Source: Lingula anatina (Eukaryota; Animalia; Brachiopoda). From it: a stretch of DNA of 64,000 nt. Position numbers and translations under genes: made by a program. Positions within the stretch are counted from its first letter, which is position 1, and each line of letters begins with the position of its first letter. The stretch is taken from NCBI GenBank assembly GCA_051362555.1, contig CM120643.1:14234644-14298643 (forward strand), written 5' to 3'. The notes under the pieces are model-generated. The model searched no databases. It was not told the DNA's origin and saw only the letters and a program-made list of their open reading frames with translations. Below, in pieces: positions 1 to 11,600 of this stretch.

Positions 1-166
1 GGATTAATTTTCATAGCTATTGAGTGATTTTTTAGAAAGAAGTTGGTCCTGTCCGGTGGCGGATTAAGAGGGGGGGGGGGGAGAAAAGGGAGTAGCGTTC
101 GATTGGGGGGGGGGGGGGTCGGCTTCGCATCCGCGGACTTCCCTTCAAATAATCCTCGATCCGCCC

Positions 167-169
<3 letters not shown>

Positions 170-234
<65 letters not shown>
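170..234. repeat. (TA)n microsatellite
   Basis: Seen directly. Confidence 0.95.
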
Positions 235-237
<3 letters not shown>

Positions 238-252
238 TAAAGAGGTGTGTTT

Positions 253-523
253 GGGCACATTCAGATTCAGACACCGTACCAGCTCGGCCGGTACAACTCT
301 GCAGGTGACTCTCTCAAAGTGCAATCAGTTGTATCAGCTTAATCATCTGACACGCCTCCTTGAGCAGGTAGGGGGTAAAGAAGCCAAATCTCCAGTAAGC
401 TGCTCGGGGGGGGGGGGGTCAGACAATTTAGCTGATCTCACTGATTGCACTTTAACGAGAATCCCCTGCAGAGTTAACTTTGAACTGACCCAGCTGGTGC
501 GATGTTTGAATCTGAACGTGGTC
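253..523. mobile_element. Foldback MITE (PIF/Harbinger-like)
   Basis: Long imperfect inverted arms: cacattcagattcagaca...ctctgcagg...aaagtgcaatcagt / actgattgcacttt...cctgcagag...tgtttgaatctgaacgtg. Confidence 0.65.
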
Positions 524-2213
524 TTGGACTACAATTCCATAGGGGACAGCAACTTGCAGTCTACAGGTCCGCTCGGACATTGATTACTTTATACTGGAAA
601 TAAAAATATATTGCGCTATTTTATGTGGACATATTCTATTATATAAACTGTAAGTATTTAGCCTCACTTTTTGCGTTGCTAAAATGGCCAGCAGACGATG
701 TACTCCCACGCAAACAAAAAAAAAATCTCCATTCTATTTAATACGTCTATACGCACGCAGCAAATGCTTGGGTGGATCGTAGGCATCATGTCAGCGTAGT
801 CACGAGGCTTGATACCGGTAAGACGAGCCGCAGCCGGTGGTTCTCACATACATGTCCAAAGCAAACAGGATCTTAATAATACTACAAATTGATGTATTTA
901 CGCGCTCATCAAAAACAGCCTAAGCATAACAAAACGCCGGTAAGAAGCACATGTCAGGATACAGAAGCTAAAACAGTGAGCACAGACCCCTTTGACCGAT
1001 TGGCTCCAATGAAAGATTGTTTCTATCAGGCAGCCAGATATCCGACAAAAGAACGCAACGCCGATTGTAAGAGTTCAACGGCAGTAAGGATTTCAACAAC
1101 TGAGAAGGATCAGACTTGTCCTTTTATCAGGGGGACACTATATCCTTGACTTAGCAGTGTGGCTTTGAGGCTGTGACGGTGAGTATGTTAAGTTTTAATT
1201 GATTAATTTAGACGCGGAATACTCATTTGGTCAATTTGTTTGAGCAACAGAACAAAGAAAATGCCGACCATATGATGATACATTTGTCTTTGGATACTGT
1301 ATGTACGTTGACCCTTGCGGTATGCAGAGTGATTGAATGGTTCGTAAATGTTGTATGCACTTATTCTTTTACTTTTAACGAACTTGACTGAAGAGGCAAG
1401 GCATTATCAGTTTCTGCTCAAATCAGAACCGATGCCTCTGATTCGTATGTCTAGAAAGAATTTCTTGTTTTTTCTTGATTGATTTTTTCCAAATTCTTTA
1501 TTTCATTTTGTTTTCTGAATACAGGCAGTGGTTTAAAAGGTACACATAGATATTGTGAATATGGAATTAAAAAAAACTTCTCCCGCAAGAGCAGGGGATA
1601 AATAATAAAGGGCTGATCACCTCCCATGTAAAAATTACATACATTCACAGTTTCATCCACCTGTAGCTAAGATCATTTTCCATTCTCCATCCCCTAATTG
1701 AATAGTATTACGTAAATCGAGAACACAAAGAAGGCGAATCTGAAGCAATCTGTCCAGTCAGAATTAACAACAGTTTGGAACTTTGTCTTTGGTACGGGTT
1801 TAAAACTTGGCAAATGTAGATATTTTACAGGAAAATGCACAGAAGTCGCAGAAATTTCGAACATAAGAAAAACCGTCTGCTTAGGAGAACCGAATAAGGG
1901 AAGATAGTGTGAAACTTGGCAATTTTATTCAACCTGCTAACAGACCGAACTGTACAGACCGAACTGTTTATTTATAAAAACTTTTTTGTTTATGCTTTCA
2001 GACCCTAAATAAGGTAAAATAAGTGACCTTATTAAAATCGCCCTCTATCTGAAGTCTGAAACAAAAATTAAAAGTAATGCCATTCTACCTCAGCTGGAAG
2101 CTCTTAACGTATATGTGGAGGATTTATTTTATCAGGTTGATACATGATATGATACACCTACATGTACCACCACCACTGTTTTTAACTCTAACTTTGCGTT
2201 TATCACACTCCAG

Positions 2214-2802
2214 ATGGCCGTCTTCCACGCATGCGCACATGCCCTGTTGATGACCGTCCTCTGGGGTCACATCTCGGAAGCAGACGCCCAAAGTAAGATG
2301 TTAAACCGTTGCTGTAAAGTCTCACTGCATTCCCATAACTTTATCGTACTAGCAGGATCGATCTCTGTCAGCGGGACTTCTCGCTAAGGCCCATGCACTT
2401 TAAGGGTGCATTCCCAGAGATTTAGATCGATCCAGAGATTTATATTTTGATCGACCTAACTCCTTGGGGGTTCACGTTAAATTGCAGTCAGCCGAGCGCG
2501 CGCCATATTTAATTACCCCCTTACAGCTTTTAAGTTACAAAGGGGCGTGCCAGACAATTTAGCCGCTTATACTGAATGCAATTTAGCGAGAATCCCCGGG
2601 GAGTGAGATCGATGCAGCTAGTGCGATAGGGTTATGAGAATGGTCATTGATCTGTAGGTATGTCATTCAACGAAGCACTTACTGTAAACCAAATGATTAT
2701 AACCAAACGTGTATTATAAACATTTTTAAAAACAACACCATTTTGTTTTACTTAACAGGAAAAAAACACACACACAATTATGAACAGGTTGTACCAAGAA
2801 GT

Positions 2803-2834
<32 letters not shown>

Positions 2835-4788
2835 CGTACATTTACATGTTATTGTAAGGGACGTTTTCTGTGTAGGCACACCTAACTGCGGCTGCCAATA
2901 AACAAAAGTATCCGGTAACATTAATGTCTTTTGTATTGTCACTAATTTTATTGCTCATACGCACATTGTCTCAGTTTCAGTAGCTTCGGTGTCACATAAT
3001 AAGAAAACCTACATGAGATATGTCACTGGATCACTTTGCGGTTATTAGCGCTACTAATTTTCTCACTGCGAAAATGAACTCCGCAATCCTTGTGGTAAAA
3101 AATGTTCATTCCGCTTGGTTGATAAAGCGTCTCAAAATAACGAAACTAAAACGTCGGCTATCGACATTTTCTTTCATGAAAATGACTAGCTAAGCATCTA
3201 GGGATTGGAGTAGCTGAAAAACAATCAGTTGAATTATTGATAATAATAAATTTAAATCACAGTTTAAATCCTAAAACACCTCGAGAAGTTTGTGGAGGAA
3301 GCTTCTCCCCTTTTTAAGTATGAAGAATACGTTACGTCTCATTTTCTCGTATTTTAGACCACAGTGCATTGTCAGCAGTACAGCTTTTTAGAACGGCATA
3401 GCAATATTCCCACAGAGATGCTTTGAAAGAATCCATTTAAAATAGGCTGCATAGTCACATGAAAGTTGGCCGAGGAAACGCTACCCGTTTTCAAGTGTGG
3501 TTTAATTAGTACCACTTAACTTGTATGGTTGAAATAAAACTGTTAGTTGCTATTTCACATGTTTTAATTAGCTTTTGGGGCAACATAAAAACGAAAACTA
3601 ACAGCATAATGTTCTACATCATTCCACGAACAAGTCAGACTGATAGTCGCAGTCGAGGAAAATCGCCAGCGTTTTCAAGTATAGGGGATGCCATCAAGTG
3701 CCTCTTCGTCACGCTGTCCCTTCTTTCTCGCCTCTCGCTTCTTACCAACGTGGCTGTATATTCGAAAACACAACAGAGCCATCATTTCAACAATGGTGAG
3801 TATGAAGGCAAAGAGGAACAACTGGAACACAGTCCAGCCTTTGTGAACAAACCAGAAGGCAACCCACACGATGAACAGATTCACCGCGTAGGGCACGGCA
3901 ATGGACGCCAACACGAAGACGCATCCTAGGGCCCCGAGCACACAACAACTCAGAAGGCAACTTCCCGTAAGTTTTTCGCAGCAAAACTCTAACAAAGGGT
4001 TGATTTCCGATTCCTCGTCGTCGTCTACTAGATAGATTTCCGTCCGACTTGCACCTCTTGTCATGGTGATCTCTTTTTGACTGGAGCACTATCTGAAGAA
4101 ACCTGGTCCCGGATGGCTCAAATTTCTTAAATTATTTGCAGTAACCGAAGTTATAACTTTGTCTTTGGGTGAGCACTTATCCTTTCCAGGAAGCTCTCAA
4201 TGAATATCTGTCCAAACGTTTCTTTTTACGTAATTAACGGTCTCGTCCAGCATCCATCACACAGTTCTGGGAGGTATCCCAGCCCCAACTAAACTCTTCC
4301 CTGTAATGCGAAACGACGATGGGCGTTTAAATCTAGTCTCAAATTCACAAAATTAACACATTTAGCTCGTTAATGTGTCTGAATTGTAATTTAACAAATG
4401 TTTACATGAGTGGTTAGTGTAACGACTTTTAATTTATCCCTGGGCTCCTAAAGCGTGTCAAAGTTAAGTATGTGATTTATGCAAAAAGTGTTAACTGCTG
4501 TGGTTCTTTGGCATTCCTGTATATGTAAAGGCCGTTACCTAGTTGATGTCACATGACCATGGTACTGAGACGACACTGAGCAGTGACTGAAGAATGAGGT
4601 TTTGTACTTAGTGTGGAGAGATAATTATCACTAGCACGTTTCTGTTTTTTTTTTCATATAGGGAGAGGTAATAAATACGTGTGAAAGGAATGATTTTTTA
4701 ATCTTTTTTAATCAAACTACCTGCTGAATATAATTTACTGTGAACTTTTTAAATTTAAATAAAATCAAACAAATAAATGAAAATCAAG

Positions 4789-4821
<33 letters not shown>

Positions 4822-5250
4822 GTAGTAGTAGTAGTAGTAGTAGTAGTAGCAGCAGCAGCTAAAGGTATAATTTTTCTCTTTTACCAAATTAAACGTAAGT
4901 GCTGCTTAACTACCTCAGTAATCTCCGTACTTCTTTACAGATGCGTCAAAATCAGTGTCACAAGACAAAATGAACAAAAAAAAATTGCTTAAAAAATCTA
5001 ACCACCAATCAAGCTAATGCGCTTGCAATGTTAAATTCTCTGGATATAGACTGATATATTTTTTATTGATTTCAATTCCTCCAGGGTATGTTGGGTGCTA
5101 CAAGGATTCCCGACCCCGAGATATTCCCAGCACAGACAAACTGACGGACTCGGATGCCATGACAGTGGAGAGATGCTTTTATTTTTGCAGAAATTTCCAG
5201 TACTTCGGAATACAGGCTGGGTAGGTATCTTCTTAAATGAATGATTGTGT

Positions 5251-5281
<31 letters not shown>

Positions 5282-5642
5282 GAGGGGGGGGGGGAGGCGC
5301 GCGTTTTGTATGTGCATATATGTGCGCGCGAGTGCGTGCGCGCGCCAGTCTGAAACTTAGAACGACCATTCTTGATGTCTTATCTAAAATACTTTATAAA
5401 AAACCGACTATACATTTAAAATCTTTAAATCACAGACACCACCACAATCTAAAACCAATGATTTCAGTTATCAGTGCCGATGTGGTACCTCGTACGGTTA
5501 CCATGGCAAAGCAGACGAGAGCGAGTGTGACATGACCTGCCCTGGTGACAGCAAGGAGAATTGCGGTGGAGATTGGAGAAATGCTGTCTACGAGACCCCA
5601 CGAGACTTGAAAGAAGGTACAACAGGAGCGCGGGTGTGCCTG

Positions 5643-5678
<36 letters not shown>

Positions 5679-8600
5679 TGCGTGCGATCGTGCGTGCGTG
5701 TGTGTGAAATTACTTGTACACTTTTGAATTGTGCATTGGACATTCTTAATAAAAAATTGAGAAAGATGTTAAAAGGAAAAGCTATGCAAACTTTGCGACA
5801 AAACTATGAAACAGAATATCAATTTTATACAAATATTGACCAACGATCTCTCTTAATTTTTGTTTTGTCATTAAACGCCTAATTGAAAGTTACACATTAA
5901 TAGCTGATAAGATCAAGTCTATTTTTACGAATATTATCATCCCATGGATTTTGTTTCTCATCTGAAAATATTACCATTAACAAACTTAAGCTTTTTTTAT
6001 TGAATAAAATTCAATTAACAGTAGAAATACTTTTTCTCCGCAGAATATATTGGTTGTTACAAGGACCAATATCCACGCGATATTCCTAGTAGCGGTAAGC
6101 TGGAAAGCAGCAAGATGTACGTGCAGAAATGTTTAGATCATTGTAGAGGTTACAGATATTTTGGACTCCAAGATGGGTAAGATATATATAGCCTTACCTG
6201 ACTGCTTTGTTGAACTTTGAATAAAATTTGAACAATACAAAACAAGATAAACTAACAATAATAAGACTTCGATTAAGTATACGTCACATATATAAATGCG
6301 CGTTCTTAATGCGTCTTAAATTGTAATTTCAGTAGGAATAAGAAGGAAATTAAAGTATCAAGCCTTATGCTGAATCTATTTATTTATTTTTCTGACAACC
6401 ATCTATTCCACTTTGCCTAACATATCAAAAACGCCTCAATATCTCCATACATAGATAATAGGTTCAATGGAAATCGACATCTCATTTTGCCCATTCACAT
6501 TCTGGCTTTTTGACCTTAAATATTTCAGAGAGGAGTGTCGCTGCGGCAACTCCTACGGGTATTACGGCAAAGCCTCCTCGGAATCTGAGTGCGACCACTC
6601 TTGTGCCGGGAACAGTTCTCAGATCTGTGGAGGCAACTGGAGAAACGGCGTGTATGAAATCAAGCCAAAATACGCCAACGGTATAAAAATATAATAATTC
6701 ATTAAGAGATTTGCAACCAAGTAGGTTGCATATACATCATTCAAAAGAAGCCTGGGGCCCGTATCTCGAAAGCATCGCGCATTGCGACCGTGCGCAACCG
6801 TCTCGATTCCATAACTCGCCCATACTCGCCCCATATAATACATTGTAGCCTCTATGTGATATCGCTCTTCGCAGTACGCGATGCTTTCGAGATACGGGCC
6901 CTGGTCATTTTGCCCCTGTCGCAAAGTGTAAGTTGTCGCTCTTGCCTCCCTAGGAAGGATACAGCCCGGCTGCCGTATGATTCGCTCAAAGCTAGCAAAC
7001 GTGCTATTTCTTCACTTCCAAACCAGACCCCTGGGTCAACCCCCCCCCCGTAGGCTCTTGAAACTTCAACTCGTGGCCAACTCTGCTTATTTAGCCATTT
7101 TAGCCATATGTTCCAGTTTTTGTTTAAATAAAAATGTGTTAACCTGTTGTTTATAACTACAATAATGATGAACCACTGTTATTGAAGCGCAAGTGACTAA
7201 ATGTTTTTATTTTTCATAATTATGTTTCATAAAAATCGTGTCATTATCAGCCTGATGCACAGACTTTCTGCCTTATATTAAACATCTAACGTTATATTAC
7301 TTATGAATATTTATTATTTGATATCTTAAACAAATGTATCGATTATCATCACCACTTCACGTCTATATCTTCATTTTTTTTTAAATATTACAGCTGTCTT
7401 TATTAAGGCAACCGCATATACAGGTACGTGCGTTTTAAATAACGTTATACCACTATATGATATTTTCTGTACACGTATATAAGAGAGCATCTGTTAATCC
7501 ACAATTCACTTGTTGTGAACGTGCCCTAGGATTTGACCGAATAACATGTTTGGGCCTAACAGCCATGTGATTTTCAATACAAAAATGCTAATGCGGTCGA
7601 GCATTTTAAAGTTCTTTAGATGATCGGTATTCTTCTAAACGGCGCTTATTATATGTACATGTAGATAATTACATTCAGTATATGTATGTACAGAATACAA
7701 AGGTTGTTATAAGGACCAGTACCCCAGGGATATCCCCAGTGATGACAAGCTGGAGGACACCAGTGGAATGGACATACAGAAGTGCCTCTACCATTGTAAA
7801 GGTTTTCGCTATTTTGGAATCCAGAAGGGGTACGCTTTGTGATTTTTCTTATTAAGTATTTTATCATCTTTTAAGGAATGTTTCTAAATAGGAGGCGGAC
7901 AAATTAAAATGGTTTAGGCATTGAGATTTACCTTCTTCTTTTTCTTTTTTTTTCTTTTTTTTTTTTTTTTTTTTTTTTGAAAACTTTTATCTCTTCACAA
8001 TTTCTTTGACGTAGTAAATTTGTTGAAAATTTATAATTAGTTTAAGATACACTCTCTTTTTACCTAGGTACGCTTGTCGTTGTGGCAACTCCTATGGGAC
8101 ATACGGCAAAACGTCCGACTCCGAGTGCGACATGAGTTGCCCCGGGGAAGGTTCAGAGATTTGTGGGGGAGATTGGAGAAATGTGGTCTACGAAATCAAG
8201 TCCCGCCCGTCCAGTATGTATGCCTTTTAAAAATGTATTTGATGATGGTGTGCTGCATCGGTAGCCTTATTCCCGTTAGTAGAAGCTGTAGATCTTTGGC
8301 TAGATGTACATGTATGTTGTAGATACCAAATGCGAACTGCAGTTATCGTGCCGAGTCGCTGTTGCTACTTTTTCCACGTTCTCTGAATACAAAGCCGATA
8401 GATTTCACCTATATGTACCAAGGTCCTTCATGTTAGAACTGTTTCATTTTTCTGCATGTAATGTTAGTAATTGACAGCCATGAGGGAATAAGGAGCTGGG
8501 AGTGTTTTCGTAATAGTTCGGTATTCACAATTGTAACATATGATCCTGTATCTTTCAAAACACTAATTTTGCTTCCATTGATAAATAACTCAACAAAATT

Positions 8601-11600
8601 GTTTTTTTCCTAATGGTATTTCCTTTTCACATGGAGACTGGAATTGAGAGTTTTCAAAACGCTGTAACAGATATGAATAATGGCCGCTTAAACCAGTGTG
8701 CTTAACTATCCTATCAAGGGGTGTGACGAAAACTAAACAGAATTTCAGTGCGAAAAAATAATCCAGACATGAGAGACAAAACATTTGGAAAAATATCACG
8801 AAATATAAGTTTGCTTTAGAGGCCATTCAGAATGAGCAGAGCCGAATGCTAGCTAGGCCACGACCTAAATATGGCGGACCTAGCAGAAAAGAAGACCGCT
8901 TAATCCTGTAATGGTCTCTCCGCCTCTCACACGCCTCCCCACGCGTCGTCCAGTAATTAAATCTCGGCTCAATTCAACCGGTCGAGGGACGACGCGTGGG
9001 GAGCATTGTGAGAGGCGGAGATACCATTACAGGATTAAGCAGTCTTCTTTACATCTAGGTCCGCCATACTGAGGTCGTGGCCTAGCTAGCACTCGGCTCT
9101 TCTCGTTCTGAATTGCCTCTAAGACAAAGTAGGAATATATTGAACACGGTGAACAAACTGACACACAACGTCATAAACATATTGCCGGTAAACTTTTGTG
9201 ACACGTTTTCATTCATGCCATGCCAGTGCACTCACGTATCCATATGTATTTTTAAAAATGCGTAAAGCACTGACTGAGTTCTAAGGTGATTTTAGCTTTT
9301 AAATGATAACTTCTTTGATGTCACCTCTATTTTGTACTTTTATATTTTCTAGCTACAGTTTCTCAAAACACGGGTAAGTCGTTGTATAAAAATCATTATT
9401 TATAGTCCACGAATTCCTATTATTTTGATTCACTTGACTTTCAGTCATAAATCTTAATCAGACAGCTTCGCCTATTTTGAAAATAAAAAATGTTTCTATA
9501 TGAAATTCCTTATCTTATAACACGTTTTATAATACATAATCAAACAAATTCAAACAATAGTTATAATCTTATATTTGAACCAATTTCCCGCGTAGAATAC
9601 AAGGGCTGTTATAAGGATAAGTATCCAAGAGACATTCCTAGTAGTGATAAACTGGAGGACAGCAGAAATATGGACCTACAAATGTGTTATGACCATTGTA
9701 AGGGTTATCAGTATTTTGGCATCCAGAGTGGGTGAGTGTAACTTCCCTTAAAGGCACGGTTTTTGTTTTAGTTGCATTTTTCCTGTATAATTGATTGCCA
9801 CGTGACTTATGATATACCTGAGTGGTTTTAAACCCATTGGATTACAAAATGAGTTTTCTTTCGAAGAAAAATGGTCTATTAAAAAAGGTGATTAAAATAA
9901 AAACAATATTCTTATAGTTATTTAATTTTTTTTTTTTTTTTGCGATTCCCAGATATTTTTAGTGATATAAAAAAAATACAATAGACTTATTGAAACTCCA
10001 TGGTAGAGTGTTTTATCAAGGAATAGAGACCGTTCCGTTAAAACAAAACTATGTTCAACATTAAAACGGAAGTTCTTATTCTTATCAGTTCGACATTCTG
10101 TTTGCTAGATTCGCTTGTCGTTGTGGCAATTCTTATGGGACATATGGCAAAACTTCTGACTCGGAATGTTTTGTGGAATGCCCAGGGGAGCGTTCAGAAG
10201 TTTGCGGAGGAGATTGGAGAAATGTGGTTTACAAATACAAAGTCGATGCAACTAGCACTAGTGAGTTTTATTGGGCATCGGTTTAGGAAACGGTGGCTTC
10301 GGTAGTTACAATCGTGTCTTTTTATTATTATCGGGGCTGCTATCGCACCAGTGGCATATTACTACATGCTAGCCAAGGTCTACCCGGTATACCATAGGTC
10401 TGTGAACACCGCTATAATTATGTAAGATTTTCAGGTATGGCAACGGCAACTCCCAGAGTACTTCGAGCGTGCGCTCAGAGTCTATATGAGGTATCGCCAA
10501 AACGTTTTTACTGCGCCTTCATGATACCAGTAGTAATGACTTCTTGCAATCGTTGCAGTGAGCGCACTGACCTTTTGGGATTATTGGACGGGCATGAGAA
10601 AGTGGGGTCGTTACGTGTAGAGGAAAGAGGAGGGGCATCATTAGAACCCAGGAAGTTGGGGGGAAAGTCCTCTAACCAATAGAAATCGGTTTCACAAGAT
10701 AATTTATGACCAAAAGTGCTCTAACCAATGAAAATCGGGTTCACAAAATAATGTGTGCCCAAAAGTGCTTCTAACCAATAGAAATCGGTTTCACAAAATA
10801 ATCTATGGCCAAAAGTTGGTCTTCACTTTAAGAACTTTGCTTAAATTGTTCTCTTTCACTCCAGGATAAACCCATATTAATCGATCAGTCAGGTGCAATA
10901 TTTTTCTTTTAAGTAGATCAATACTACTATCGATTTACACTGATTCAATATAGTTTCAAATGGTATCACGTATTTTTTCAAAAAGTTTTACAAGTTTATT
11001 TGTGAAACCGACGACTGTTAAAGCTTTGGGGCAGAACCCGAGTGCTAAATGCTGCCTACTCTGCTTTTTTTTGCTTTTTTTTACCCTGTGTCCATGCGCT
11101 ATTTGTTAAGCGTGTCTTGGGATAGTTAACCAGGTGTTAACGTCCTTCTATGTCATTCGCGTAGATTAAAATACTATTTAATGAAATATATCTGTTTGCA
11201 GCACATTTTAAATTTTGTCGTGAATAAATCATTAGATGAAAGATGAACATGATTTCAAACGAAATGACTTAGTTTTCTTTATTCTAGATGTAAGATAAAT
11301 ATGTGAACCAAAAACAAAAGCAAAGTACAACCCCATCTAAATCATTTAATTTACCTGCTGATGTTCTTCATGTTTTATTTTTCAGGTACCTCAGCTCCAT
11401 TCACGGGTACGTGTGTTTACTGAGAATTCAGGGACGCATCCAGCACCGTTAAAAATCCGTTCAAAAACTAACTGTCGTAAGTCTTGGCCACATTAGGGAC
11501 AGTGTAGAATGTATTTTATCCATTATTTAATTCGCCCAACTTGGCATTTTGCCCACCGCTTTAACTGGGGCCTTTTATCTAGCGCGTGGGTGGAAGCAAA

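Noticed and set aside
49-169. Short element with gtggcggatt / gatccgcccctg ends
   Set aside because: It may be a small DNA-transposon remnant, but there is a single copy, the TIR is weak and no target-site duplication is clear.
32-274. ORFs with IYIYIY runs, and similar poly-I/V, poly-G/P, HTHT and poly-F ORFs elsewhere
   Set aside because: These are translations of microsatellites and homopolymers.
3525-3929. 134-aa plus-strand ORF and the 100-aa alternative minus frame 3787-4089
   Set aside because: Both overlap the more protein-like 3675-4064 ORF and have no recognisable features or splice context.
10669-10817. CRISPR-like array
   Set aside because: The units are contiguous with no unique spacers, there are no cas genes, and the context is eukaryotic.
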